Shown here: positions 50,094 through 64,000 of the stretch, piece after piece
How the letters are laid out: each line of letters begins with the position of its first letter
Position numbering within the stretch: the stretch's first letter is position 1
DNA from: the human T2T-CHM13v2.0 reference genome, Homo sapiens
Length of the DNA stretch: 64,000 nt
Direction: 5' to 3' (one strand)
NCBI RefSeq assembly: GCF_009914755.1
Contig: NC_060935.1
Made by a program: the position numbers and the translations under genes
The notes under the pieces: model-generated
What the model was told of the DNA's origin: nothing
Seen by the model: the letters and a program-made list of their open reading frames with translations, nothing else
The model's database searches: none

Positions 50094-50265
50094 TCCAGTT
50101 GCCGGATGTAGCAACTAAAAACAGAAATGACCAGTTAAATTTGAATTTCAAATGTATGAAATTTTAGTGTAAGTCCCATGCAATATTTGGGACACCCTTA
50201 TACTAAAACAATTATTCTTTGCTTATATGAAATTCAAACTTAACTGGGTGTCCTGACAACCTTAC
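50094..50265. mobile_element. MER53-like palindromic MITE
   Basis: 'ccagttaaatttgaatttca' ... 'tgaaattcaaacttaactgg' inverted pair. Confidence 0.8.
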
Positions 50266-51737
50266 TCTCCTACCCAGACTCAGCATTTGTACACTTTACA
50301 CTCAGCATTTGTATATTTTTATTGCACATTTAATTTTTTGAAGTTTTGGAAACTATCCAGACAACTGCATATCTAATTGATTTCAGTGCTTATCACTAGT
50401 CCTTTTATACCATGATTTCCACATTCCCAAACTCTCTTTAAGGCACATATACGCTACACTGTTTTCTTGCTTATCAAAAATATTTGTTTCCTGCACATAT
50501 GAAAGACACTTTTGTTATAAAACTGGTGATAATAAACTTTTCAAATCTCAAAATTCTGAACGTGCTGCTCCATTGCCTTCTGAGTTACTGTTGCAGAGCT
50601 CTGTATCCACCCTCCCTTTTTGGTTTTGCAGATAACCAGAATTTTTCTTTCTGCATGCTTTTAATTGCTTCTTTCTAACCTGTTTCTAAGGTTGCTTTAA
50701 TACTGGTTTTGCCTAAAACTTAGTGACCATATACTTTTAACTCAGAGAAAGTTTCTTAATGTCTTTGATCATTGATTCTATGCCAAATGTTCTTTCACCT
50801 TCCTTAGAGACACCTTTAATTCTCACACTGGACCTCCATCCTCTGATATTCATATCTGTTCTTTCTTAGTTTCCATCTCATTATCCTTTTCAGATACATT
50901 TAAGATCAGATCAAGTTTATCTATTAACTATCAATTATTTTATATTCTTCAGTGTTACTTTTTATTGCATTTATTTTGATACAGTATTTCAGAGCTCCCT
51001 GAAGTCCTTCTTTGTTGTATCTATTTCTCTTTTCACTTTAGAGACTCTTCTCTACTTGTATATTTCTACTCTATCTTTACTGAGTTCAGATTCTCTGTTA
51101 TGCCACTAAGGACACCAACATTTCTGGAAATTTCCTCTGAAGCCTGCAGCAGCTAATTTTCAGGGCAATAAGTTTCCAGGTCTTTAGGATGATATTCTTT
51201 TCTTCAGTATTGCAATTCCCTCTAATTTTCCTAAACATGTCCACTTTTTTTTCTCTTGGTATTACTTCAGCATATTTGTGTATCAATAATTAAGACTGTG
51301 TATTCCGATTAACTCTATTCTGAGATAATGGCCAAACTCTCTTTTTACATAATTAGCTTCAGGGTTCATCGTTGCACAGAGTTCTGAGTTCAATGCTGTC
51401 CTTGCAGATATTTCTCTATTACCACTCTGTTCTACTGAGATTAAATAAAATTCTACTGCTTGGATCTCTAATTCCGAACCAATGGAGTATCTTCCATTTC
51501 TAGCACTTTTGTCCATACCCTTCACACCTTAGAGAAAATTCTGTACTTCTTGTTGTTTGGTATCTGAACCTATTATTAAGCGTGGAAAACCGGAAAGGGA
51601 AGGGATGAGTGCACTGTAGTCACCTCAAAGTGAAGCACCCCTGCAACAGAAGGATGGTCCCTGGGTTTTCTGGTTGACAGAGATAACAACTCAGATACAC
51701 TGTCTCAGACACAATGTCATACAATGCTTTCCTATCT

Positions 51738-51743
51738 TTTATT
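51738..51743 (-). terminator. Candidate ZNF214 poly(A) signal (AATAAA)
   Basis: tttatt on + strand ~525 nt past the ZNF214 stop. Confidence 0.55.
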
Positions 51744-52267
51744 AGGTGGCTTTTGTCCATAAACAATTGAATTCTACCGGCCAAAACTGAGTTTTAAGTT
51801 CTGTGTGTTTCCATCTTTTCTGTTACTTCCTAGGGAGTTTTTAGGGGAGTTAAGAGATGTTGTTTAACAGTTGGCCAACCAGTTTCAATTCAAACCAAAA
51901 TTTAAGTAAATATTTTGAAGACAGTGAAAATACAAAATTGAACACACAATTTCATGCACATTAAAATGCACAGAAAAAAAAGACTAGAATGAAATAGAAT
52001 GAAGAGTTTTCTCCTTAAATGTTTAATATATTTATGACTGTATTATATTTATAGTAGGTAAAGAAAAATACACTATAATTTTAAATATATAGGGTTTTTT
52101 CTAAAGATCTCCTTTTGAAGCAAATAATTCTTAGTGGGAGATAGGGGAAACTATAAATGTTGCTTGGGATTACTTGTGTTATTTATAAGATTTCCTTAAC
52201 AGCAGGATTTATAGGGTTTAAAGGTTAGGTAAACTTTGATTAAAGCTGTTAACTAAATGAACAATAT

Positions 52268-53961
52268 TTATAAGTTTCCTCTTCTATGATTATTGTGAAG
52301 ATGTGAATTATGATCAAATCCCTTATAATATTCACGGCATTTGTAAGGTTTCTCTCCTGCATGGACTCTTTGATGAATTCGAAGAGCTGAGCTATGACTG
52401 AAACCTTTACCACACTTAGCACATTGATAAGGCTTCTCTCCTGTATGGACCCTCTGATGAATGTGAAGATTAGAACTGTGACTAAAACCCTTTCCACAAT
52501 CATGACATTTATAGGGCTTTTCTCCTGTATGGACTCTCTGATGAATGAGAAGATGTGAACGCTGACTGAATCCCTTGCCACACTCTTCACATTTGTAGGG
52601 TTTCTCTCCAGTATGTACTCTTTGATGAGTGTGAAGCTTTGAACTCTTACTGAAGCCCTTCCCACATTCAGGACAAGTATAGGGTTTCTCCCCTGTATGG
52701 ACTCTCTGATGAATGCGAAGATCTGAGCTGTGACTAAAGTCCTTTCCACAGTCATCACATTTATAAGGTTTCTCTCCTGTATGCACTCTCTGATGAATTT
52801 GAAGATTTGAGCGCTGGGTAAAGCCTTTACCACAGTCTTCACATTTATAAGACTTCTCTCCTGTGTGTACTAACTGATGAATTCGAAGATTTGAGCTCTG
52901 GCTGAAACCCTTACCACACTCATCACACTTATATGGTTTTTCTCCTGTGTGGACTCTCTGATGAACATGAAGTACTGAACTCCGATTAAAACTCTTACCA
53001 CACTGATTACATTTAAAAGGCTTCTCTCCTATGTGAAGTCTCTGGTGAATGTGAAGTAATGAATTTCTACTGAGGTCTTTATCACACTCAATTTTATAGA
53101 ATTTCTCTTCTGTGTGGACTCTTTGATGATTGTGAAGACTAGAGATCTGGCTGAAGCTCTTACCACATGCATTACAGCTATAAGGTACCTCCCCTATGTG
53201 AACTCTCTGATGAAAGTGAACTCCGGAGCTCTGATGAAAGTTACCGTCAACTTCATCACATCCGTACAGCTTCTTACCTATGTGGTTTCTTGGATGTCTA
53301 TACAAGTCTGATCTCTGAGAGAAGCATGCTTTACGGATGGAGCATTGACAGAGGTTTTCTCCAGGTTGATTTCTCTTGTGGAAAACACACCGTGAGTTCC
53401 AATAATAAATTCCTTTACATTTATTACATCCACAGTACTTTTCTTCCATTGAATCTCTCAGTAGGTCTTCTTGACATATCACCCCAACATACTGTGGAAG
53501 GGCTTCCTCCACTGGGATATAAGAATGCTGAACTATGAGCTTCTGTTCTTTTTCCATGGAGAGGTTTTTCCTGGATATGCCAAGACGGTATCTGCCCCCT
53601 TGAAAACCATGTGAACCACTCATGTAGATTTCTCTACCATAGTCTTGAGTGGTTTTTGTTTCTAAGGACTGCCAAGGCATAAAATTTTTATATTTTAAGT
53701 TCCTGTGACTTTTGCTTTCAAAAGTCAGTTCATAGTTCCCATACCCTGGTACTTGTGTGGAGAGTATTAACCATTCCTGACACTGGGAACGATCTTGCTG
53801 TGTGAGGTCTTTGGAATCTGTCCCTTGAACAGTTTCCCCATAGTTCTGATTCTCATACATCTGGGCGCCAGCATTCCACCAGCCTTGCCAGCAGGAAAAA
53901 TTTTCATATTCTAAGTATCTGAATTTTTCTTCTTGGGATTTGTAGCTCTCATTCCAGTTTT
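52268..53961 (-). CDS. ZNF214: ZNF214 terminal coding exon (spacer plus C2H2 array)
   Basis: Acceptor 'ttttatttttctag|AA AAC TGG' in frame with ORF 52268..53860; 9 intact C2H2 fingers, TGEKP linkers; ends HRRGNL*. Confidence 0.95.
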
Positions 53962-54419
53962 CTAGAAAAATAAAAAGATAATCCCATGGTGAGATAAAAG
54001 CTGTGTTGAAAAATTTCCAACTATCTAAATCAATGACCTTTAAATGATAGGAATATATGTGTGGCTGGGGGTAGGAAAGAAGGGTTATGACTCTGCCTGC
54101 TCCATTTGGGTCTGAAATTCATTTATTTTGTTCATTCATGTATGTATTCATTCATTCACTTATTTATTCATTCCACAAACATATCTTGAGCAGGCACTGT
54201 TAGAAAGATTTAACTTCTATTTACCACGCACTGTTAGAAATGAGAATAATTCCAACTGCTTCATGGAAATAGTCGTAAAGACTGAGATTTAATTAGATTA
54301 CTTTATTTTGTATGTTCTTATAAGAAACAAAATATATTGTTCCTATTTTTCTGTTCTAGAATAGCATGGTAGATTGAGAAAAAATGACTACATTAACTCA
54401 CTACTTTACCTACACCTTT

Positions 54420-54815
54420 GGTGTTCTCCTTCCACACTCTCTCTATGCTTGGCTACACAATTTGCGTTGGTAACTGGGAAAATAACAAAAGTAACACAAG
54501 CAGAGACTTGAAAAGTCCTTGCCCTCTCTCGATGCTTTTGAAAATCCCGTGACCACCACCATGTAAGTGTGCTTGGGTTGGCTTGTTTGAAGAGAGATAT
54601 ATGGCCAACACATTCCCACTACCTCTACTGATACTGAGCCGACTGCCCCACATTTGAGTCAGGCCAGGCAGCTTAATCTTAGACCATTCAACCACAACCA
54701 AATCCTCCATGATAAGAGATCATCCAGTCAATGAGAATCATAAAAAATAATAAAGTTTGTTTTTAAGCCACTAAGTCTGGCATAGTATGTTATACAACAA
54801 AAGCTAACTTATACA
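54420..54815 (+). mobile_element. Old MLT1-type LTR in the ZNF214 intron
   Basis: 3' end 'gttttaagccactaagtctgg...tgttatacaacaaaagctaacttataca'. Confidence 0.6.
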
Positions 54816-55088
54816 AATAGCATGAAGAGAGAAAAAATTTAGGACCACACAAAATTGACTACGTATGGAGATATGTGTTTTAAGGGTAATGCAGAGAATA
54901 ACTAAAACTAATAATCACAAGTATCTATTAATGATATAACCTAGGTGTCCTGGAATCTGTCTTGCTTTATCTTCTATTTGTAACATGATTTAAGAAACAT
55001 TTTTGAGAATATCTCTTCCAACACCTCAATATAACACCCAGATAAAAAAACAAAATACTCAACAAAACTGCTCCTAGAAGAAACTCTA

Positions 55089-55430
<342 letters not shown>

Positions 55431-56829
55431 TCATGAAACATCATCACTATCAAAAGAAACACCTATACAGCACTTGTCTACTAAGTTTTTTACCTATATT
55501 TCAGTTACTCCTCACAGAAATCCCATGTTGTAGGTAGCTTTCTACTACTATTATGCATTTTAGAATGGAAAACAGATAAATATATGTATTAAAACTGCCT
55601 AAAGTAATTATTTTAGTGGAAAGAACAGATCATAAATTGGTTATGTGACAAAGCCATTTTATTTTTTAAAATTTTCATTGTATCTATTTGATCACACATT
55701 CTCAATTCTAAATTTCAATTTAAAATATTGAGTACCTACTAAGAATAAAGGAAACAGATACTTTTAAGGAGTTTACAACAAAATGGAAGGAAAGCCAAAT
55801 ACTATCATCATCAGCAGCAGCAGCAGCACCATCATAGCTGCAGCTAAATCTTATTGAATGTTTATTGTATGAATAGGGCTATGTTATCTCATTTACTCTC
55901 AGAACAATCCAATAAGGTATTATTATTCACAATAAATGAATACGCAATCTAACGTTTAGCAAGACTAAGTTACTTGTATAAGATTATGTAGTTACATCAT
56001 AGAGGTTTTTAAACCCAGCACTACCTATTAAATAAAAGTGAGATAAATTAAAAATGTTTGATGAAGGGTTGTCAGTTGAGATTTCCATATACTGTCATAA
56101 TGTGTTAATGAAGAAGGGCAAAGGAAAGATGTACTGAAATATTCAAGGGTAAAAAATATGCCACCAAACTACTATTTTCCAAATAAACTACATGAAAATA
56201 CATGTCTAAACAATAAAACATTAACCACAAATAAGAACTCAAGAATGAGAACATTCAGAGCCATGTATTTAAATACCTAGTGGTATATTTTTAATGTTTA
56301 TAAAATAAGTTTAATAAATTTTAAATATAATGAATCCACTTTAAATATATAAATTAAAAAAAGAAAAATTTGGGATGCTCAGAAACTCAAACTACAGGAC
56401 TGAAAACTGTGAAAGTTGGTATCTGGAAAATAAATGGACTCACTGATCTCTAATTTTATAAAAAGTACAATAAAAATAAAACTCAATCTGTAGTTACTGG
56501 ATTTGTTATTTTTTAAAAAATTTAAGGATTTATTTTAAAAACATACTAGCAATTAGGAGTCTAATTTCTTTTACTGGAAATAAGTTCATAAATATTTAAA
56601 ATACTGAAATAACATAAGTAAAAATTAAAAGCCTACCTTCCCCCAAATAATTTAAGAAATAACCACTATAACCAGTTTTCACTGTGTTCTAACCTTCTTC
56701 CATGTATACACAACACACATTCATACTTCACTGATTTTTTTCCTTAATAAAGACATGATAATTCTGCAATTTTCTTTTTTTCATTTAATACATAGTGTAC
56801 AACTTCAGTACAGGTAGACCTGTCTTATT

Positions 56830-57362
56830 TGTGATAATTTTGAAACATGCCCACAAATTATTTGATCCTTTCCATTCAAGAAGTGAAGCCTAATTCCCCA
56901 CCCCTTGAATATAGGCTGAACTTGGTGAGTAACTTCTGATGAATAGGAAATAAAGTGGATAAGGAAGTAGTGGCATGCAACTTTGGAGGCGGGGTCATAA
57001 AAGTCACTGCAGCTTCTTTCTTGCTCTCTCTCTGGGATCACTAGCTCTGGGAAAAGCTATATGTCATGTCATGAGAAAACCTAGGCAGCCCTGTGGTGAG
57101 GAACTGGGACCTTCTGCTTTCGTTGAGAAATGAGACATCTTGCCAACAGCCATGTGAGTAAACTATCTTAGAAGTGGATCCTCCAACCACGGTGCAGCTT
57201 TCAGATGACTACAGTCCCTGCTGACAGCTTCACTGCAACTTCATGAGACACCTTGAGACAGCTTAGCTTCTTCCAGATTCCTCACCCTCAGAAACTGGGT
57301 GAGATAATGTTTGCTGTTTTAAGTATTAAATAATTTGTTATGCAATAATAGATAACTAATAT
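56830..57362 (+). mobile_element. MLT1E/F-like LTR
   Basis: 'ccaacagccatgtgagt', 'gctttcagatgactacag', 'taatttgttatgca..aatagataactaata'. Confidence 0.8.
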
Positions 57363-60300
57363 TATTTGTAAAAGTTACATAGCATTTCATTTTATTGATG
57401 TCCAAGACTTAAATGTTCCCATATTAATGGACGTTAAGATCATTTCCAGTTTCTTGGCTACAACATATAGCAAAAGAATTCTCTTAAATATATCATATTT
57501 CTATTGTAATATTTATATATGATAATGTCTATATGATAAATATAAATAATTCTATATGACAAATAGATATATTTCTGTATGATAAACTTCTAGAAGTGAA
57601 ATTGTCAGGCATCTGTATTTCAGTTTACTAAAAAATACTACAAAATGTCCCTTGAAAATATTTTTAAAAATATGTTACAAATATTTTCCCCCAGTGGAGC
57701 AATAAAAGCAAGACATCTATATTCAAAATTAGTAAGTACAATAAATCTAAACAGAAAAGAAGAAAAGAATTATATAAACAATAAACTAAGATGACAAGCC
57801 TATTGATAGAGAAAAGGATACTAAAATTGAGTTTTAAAATAAAGTGGCATACTGCTTATAAGAGATATACTCCAAACTAATGAATTCTGAAGGATTAAAA
57901 ATGATCTGGCTAATGTTTTCTTGTGGTGTTTAAGTTCTTTATTCACTTCCTGTTAGCTGGTTCTTTTGTTCCAGGGACTTGATTAGACTACAGTTCATTC
58001 TTTCCGACAAGAATACCTGCCTATATACTTCCTATAGTACATTTTAGTTAGCTAAACTGAACAATGGCTTCAGGTGCTGTCAGCCCAGTCCTTCCATTCT
58101 AAGATTCTCTTAAACCTTTCACTAAAAGTTTTAGCAATAGATGATCATTTCCTGGATTTGTGATTTCATTAGGTTTTACAAATTGGTTGTCTAATTCTGT
58201 AATTCTACATACCTTGTGCATACATATGCTATAATTCTTCTATAATGAAAAACTTGCCATTACAAATTTTCTGGTTATCCTGAAATGTAATCCTAATGAA
58301 AAAGATAAGATAAAATGCTTGATTATCTCCCAAACTTACTCTCTTTCAAAAATCAATTTTCAGAGTAATGAGATGGGGCAAAGCAATCACCAACTATGAC
58401 CAGTGAGATTTGTATTATTTTGCTTTTCAGTGTTTTCATACTCACTGATTCTTACATACTGGATGGATTGCAATTAAATTGCAGTCATTTTTCTTTTCGA
58501 TGTGCAAGATTCTCTCATCTCAGACTAGTAGGAATCCCTTCAGGTTGGCTCCTGGGTTTGTAATATGACCTTTTTTGGTGTTTGAGAGCTTCCTTACTTT
58601 CTGGCACAACAAATGTCCAGGTTCATTCTTGTTCCATTTCCTTGACCAACTAGGATGTATTATTTCTCCCAGGAGTCTGATAATTTTCCACTCCTTTTTT
58701 GGTATATAAGTAACCCCCCAACAATATTATATAAACTTGATATCTCTTTTGTCCTCTCATCTATGAACACAGCTCTCTCCGATTATTAGTTTTCTTTAAG
58801 GTCCTTTTCAAGAAAGGTCAGTTAAAATCATTCTCTATACATCTGGAGTTTTGATTCCTTCTTCTAATATTGTCAGATTTTGCTTATACAATTTGAAATG
58901 GATTCTTAGCTACATATTAGTTCATGACTAATACATCTCCTTGATGGATCTTAACTATTGAACATTATTGACCTTTTATTGTGACATTAAATAAGTCTCT
59001 TGTAAAGAGCACAGAGAAAGATTTCTGTTTTTCATTCAATCAGTATGACTCAGTTATTTTATTATCCATGTTCATTTATTGTGATTACTAATACAGGCTT
59101 ATTTCTAACATATTATTTTTTATTCTTCCTTTCCTGTCTCTTAGATTGACAGTTTTATGCTTTAATTTCTTCACATCGCCACCTTTTCATCTATATAGAT
59201 TTCAATTTCACACATAGTTTCTATTATTTTAATAAGTAACCTAAATATATTTTAAACATATACACTTACCTATTTTTCTAATAAGTCAATTAAGAAGAGA
59301 AACTAATCCAGGAAAGGCTGCATGAAATATGACAAGAAAGGTGATCAAGTACCTTGGTGAAGTTTATTGTTATCATAAAACAAAACTAACAACAAAAGAA
59401 ATAGGAGTGAACAAAGAAAAAAGGAGACATAGAAAGTATATCAGTGCCTACATATCTGAACTACAATTCTTGACAATACAAACATGAGGGGAGAAAGAGA
59501 CAGATATAAGAGTGTGCTAAAGTCCATGTCTTATTAAAAATATGACCTAGATATTAATACATTTAAAAAGTCAGTAGGGGTAAATAAAAGTCAATGTGGG
59601 TTTTAAGTTAAGCACAACCATCATAAGAAACAAAATGAAATCTATGAAAAACAAAATAAAAACAGAAGACAACTTGCTCCACGGGAAAACAGAAAATAAG
59701 AAAAGATGGCAAAAATAATAAAATAATAATTATAATAAATTTAAATAATTTAATATTACAGATTAAAAGACTCATAGATTAAAAAATAAGATTTAGCATG
59801 TGGTTTAGAACAGATACACTAAAAAGAAAAATATTTAAAAATACAAGGATAAAAAAAGATTGCAAAAATACGAATCAAAAGAAAGCTGAAATAGCAAACT
59901 TAATTTCAGATGAGTAAAATTTATGGCAAAAATACCATAAGGGACAAAAATGTTTTTTATATGAACAGTAGGAAAAAATATCCAAAATAAATTGAATCCA
60001 CAGATAAAATTTCAAAATGTATCAAATGACAAGTGTCACAAATGTGAGGGGAAATATACATACCATTAGTTGTAATGATAGATATTAATATGTCCCTCTC
60101 AAAAAATTATAGCAAGCAAACAAAAAACCCTAATAATATGAAGACTAAACACTACAAATAATAAGCTTCAGTTATTTTATCTGTGTTGAACTCTACACCA
60201 TCAAAATACAAAATACAGATTATTTTCATGAATACATAGTACTATAAGATAGACCATGTATTAGTCCATAAATCATGATAAATTCCAAAGCATCAACATA

Positions 60301-60544
60301 ATATAGAATACATTATCTAGCTACAAGGTAATAAAATTTGAAATTATTAACAATAGAATTTTAAAAGTCCACACTTCTGAAACCCAAGTAACATACTATA
60401 TTATTAAATAATCTTCAAATTTAAAAGAAAAATATAACAATTCTTGTTTTTTCTTAAAAATCTAAATGTAATAATGACAATAATTACGTAAAAAATGTGC
60501 AAGATCCAAATGAAATACTTGAAGGAAACAAAAATGGCTAGAGC

Positions 60545-60846
60545 AGCTGGGCAAAGTGGCACACACCTGTAATTCCAAGCACTTTGGGAGCCCCAAGTGG
60601 GCGGATTGCTTGAGCCCAGGAGTTTGAGACCAGCCTAGGCAATATGGAGAAATCCCATCTCTACAGAAAATACAAAAATTAGCCAGGCATGGTGGCCCAC
60701 ACCTGTGGTCCTAGCTACTCAAGAAGTTGAGGTAGGAGGAGCAATTGAGCCTGGGAGGTTGAGGCTGCAATAAGCTGTGATTGTACCACTGCACTCCAGC
60801 CTGCAAGACAGAGCGAGATGCTGTCTTAAATAAATAAATAAATAAA
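60545..60846 (+). mobile_element. AluJ with (TAAA)n tail
   Basis: 'ggattgcttgagcccaggagtttgagacc' J-type diagnostics. Confidence 0.9.
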
Positions 60847-60866
60847 ATTAAAAAACCCCAGCTAGA

Positions 60867-62968
60867 CTAACATCATACTGAATAGGTGAAGGCTCAAAGT
60901 ATTTACCTTGAGAACCAGAAAAAGACAAGATGCCACTCTCACCACTCCTATTCAACACAGTACTGGAAGTCCTAGCCAGAGCAATCAGGCAATAGAAAGA
61001 AATAAAAGGCATCCAAATAAAGACAGGAAGTCAAACTATCTCTGTTTGCAGATGACATGATTCCATACCTAGAAAATCCCAGAGTCTCTGCCCCAAAGCT
61101 CCTTTAGCTAATAAACAACTTCAGGAAAGTTTCAGGATACGAAACCAATATACAAAATTCAGTAGCATTTCTATATACCAACAACATCCAAGCTGAGAGC
61201 CAAATCAAGAATGCAATCCCATTTACAATAGCCACAAAAAGAATAAAATATCTATGCATACTGCTAACCAGGGAGGTAAAAGATCTCTACAACAAGAATT
61301 ACCAAGCACTGCTCAAAGAAATCAGAGATGACATAAACAAATGGAAAAACATTCTATGCTTATGGATAGACTCAACATAATCAAAATGGCCATACTGAAG
61401 CAGTATACAGATTCAATGATACTTCCATCAAACTACCAATGACATTCTTCACTGAATTAGAAAAAAAAAACTATTTTAAAATTCATATGGAACCAAAAAG
61501 GAGCCCAAATAGCCAAGGCAATCCTAAGCAAAATGAACAAAGCTGGAGGCATCACATTACCTGACTTCAAACTACAAAGCTACAGTAACCAAAACAGCAG
61601 GGTACTGATATGAAAACAGACACATACACCAATGGAACATATATAGAGCCCAGAAAAAAATGCCTCACACCTACCACCATCTGATCTTCAACAAAGTTGA
61701 CAAAAACAAGCAATGGGGAAAGGACTCCTATTCAATGAATGGTGCTAGGATAACTGGCTAGCCATATGCAGAAGATTGAAACTAGACCCCTTCCTTATAC
61801 AATATACAAAAATCAATTCGACATGGTTTAAAGACTTACATGAAAACCTAAAACTGTAAAAACCCTGGAAGATAACCTAGGGGATACCATTCTGGACATA
61901 GGACTTGGCAAAGATTTCATGATGAAGACACCAAAAGCAATTGCAACAAAAACAAAAATTGACAAATGGGACCTAATTAAACTAAAGAGCTTCTGCACAG
62001 CAAAAGAAACTATCAACAGAGTAAACAGACAACATACAGAATGGGAGAAAATATTTGCAAACTATGCATCTGATGAAGGTCCAAAGTCTAGAATCGATGA
62101 AGAATTTAAACAAATTAACAAGCAAAAAACAACCCCATTAAAAAGTAGGCAAAGGACATAAACACTTTTCAAAAGAAGACATACATGCAGTCAACAAGCA
62201 TATAAAAAATGCTCAACATCACTAATCATCAGATAAAGGCAAATCAAAACCACAGTGAGATACCATATCATACCAGTCAGATGGCTATTATTAAAAATTC
62301 AAAAAATAATAAGATGCTGACAAAGTAGCAGAGAAAAAGGAATACTTAAATACGCTGATGGTGGGAATGTAAATTAGTTCAGTCATTGTGGAAAGCGGTG
62401 TGGTGATTTCTCAAAGAACTTAAAACAGAATTACCATACCCAGAAATCCCATTACTGGGTATATGCCCAAAGGAATATAAACTGTTCTACCATAAAGACA
62501 ATAAGCATGTGTATGTTCATTTCAGCACTATTCACAATAGCAAAGACATGGAATCAACCTAAATGCCCATTAACAATAGACGGGATAAAGAAAATGTGGT
62601 ACACGTATACCATGGAATACTACACAGGCATTAAAAAAGAACAAAATTATGTCCTTTGCAGCAACATGGATGGAGCTGCAGGCCATTATCCTAAGTGAAC
62701 TAATGCAGAAACAGAAAACCAAATACTGCACGTTCTCAATTATATTTTCGAGCTAAATATTGAGAACACATGGACACAAAGAAGGGAGCAACAGATATTA
62801 GGGCCTACTTGAAGGTAGAGGGTGAGAGGAGGAAGAGGATAAAAAAACTACCTATCTGGTACTATGCTTTACCTGGTTGACAAAATAATTTGAATGTCAA
62901 ACACTCATGACTCACAATTTATATAACAAAGCTGTATATATAACCCTAATCCTAAAATAAAAGTTAAG
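60867..62968 (+). mobile_element. 5'-truncated L1 (L1PA13-16-like)
   Basis: ORF2 3' half plus 3'UTR ending 'ctaaaataaaagttaa'; aaaatggctaga at 60531-60542 and 62969-62980. Confidence 0.88.
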
Positions 62969-64000
62969 AAAATGGCTAGAAATAAATCATTCAGCTCAGG
63001 AGTATAAAAAAGAGAAACCATCCCCCATTAAAAAAAAAAAAAAGAGCAAACTTCAAAAAAGAAGAATAAAGTGGAAGTCAAAGATATAAGAAACAAATAA
63101 ATGATTGAGAAAATGCATAAAGCCAAAAGATGTTCTTAAAAATTTAATGTCAGACCAATGAAAATCAGATTTTTAATAACACGGTTATGAAAAAATACAG
63201 AGCAAAATAAGGAAATAACTTTTGACATAAGATTTTTCAATGATGCAAGGGTGTTGTGAACTATATATATAAGGATATTTATGAGCTATAGGCAAATACA
63301 CCTAAATATGTACCTAAATAAATGGATCAATTCCCAGTGAAGTATAAAAAAAAAAAATGGCAAAATAGATGAAAGACTAATAAAAAATCATATAGACTAG
63401 TAAGTACTAAATTAAAATGGTAGCCATGCTCTTCCTCCCTCTCCCTAATCCCAAGGCTCTAAGAGTTTTATAGCTGAGTTCTAGCAAACATGTAATTAAC
63501 TTAATTACTATTACAATACATAGTTTTCAAAAGTAGAGAGTGAAAATTGCCAACTTATTTTATGTAGCTAGTATAATCTTGGATTCCAAGACCAGATAAG
63601 AATGATACAAATAAAATTAAATTACAGGCACATTTGTAAATTTTGTAAATATACAAAAATCCTAAATAAAATATTAGCTAATTAAATTCAGTAATATATC
63701 AAATATATGCATCATGATCAGACAGTTTATGATAGGAATGCAAGGATCGTTCAACATGAGAAAAATCTATTAACACAATTCACTATATTAATAGACTATA
63801 GAATAAATCCATGATAATCTCAACTGATGCAGAACAATCAAGTGCTATAAAGTTCAGGAAGTTCAACACCGATGTATTCTCTTAAAAACACTTGTAGCAA
63901 ACTAGAGGAAAAAAATAAACTCCCTAAAGTGGCAAAGGTTAAATATCAAGAACTTTAAGCTTAATGGAGAAACTTCACATATATTCCCTTTACAATGGTA

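Larger units (their letters stand above)
59560..64000 (+). mobile_element. Old L1M ORF2 region interrupted by an Alu and a younger L1
   Basis: A-rich decayed ORF2 motifs 'agaaagctgaaatagc', 'atagaccatgtattag', 'ggaatgcaaggatcgttcaacat'. Confidence 0.7.

Noticed and set aside
50278-50313. 14-bp direct repeat actcagcatttgta
   Set aside because: Ordinary small slippage duplication
52249-52842. 197-aa alternative-frame ORF (also 8533..8844)
   Set aside because: Shifted frames of C2H2 arrays are commonly stop-poor; no independent support
55806-55835. (CAT)n(CAG)5 intronic repeat
   Set aside because: Short and adjacent to a MIR-like element; not coding

Overview
Human (primate) genomic DNA that I recognise as the 11p15.4 ZNF215/ZNF214 locus (BWSCR2 region). 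It holds the terminal zinc-finger exon and 3' UTR of ZNF215 (+ strand, coding 8110-8951) and, convergently, both coding exons of ZNF214 (- strand, 55241-55115 and 53961-52268; spliced CDS 1821 nt = 606 aa). The rest is mostly retroelement and DNA-transposon debris: a full-length but dead L1PA3-like element, several truncated L1s (one 5'-inverted), Alus, ERVL/MaLR/ERV1 LTRs and MER elements. No rRNA, tRNA or CRISPR features. Most notable: (1) the full-length L1 aims its antisense promoter and an open ORF0 at the ZNF215 last exon, and ORF0 donor SD1 is phase-matched, predicting a 314-aa KRAB-less ORF0-ZNF215 fusion; (2) an unidentified 676-bp insert of ~110-bp repeats that flips orientation midway, with a perfect 13-bp TSD and terminal AATAAA; (3) an orphan minus-strand 'MAKSQ|GTAAGT' KRAB-ZNF-style start exon; (4) a chimeric 474-aa ORF2 frame made by an L1 inversion. 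Repeat subfamily names and reference alleles are from memory and need RepeatMasker/dbSNP confirmation.
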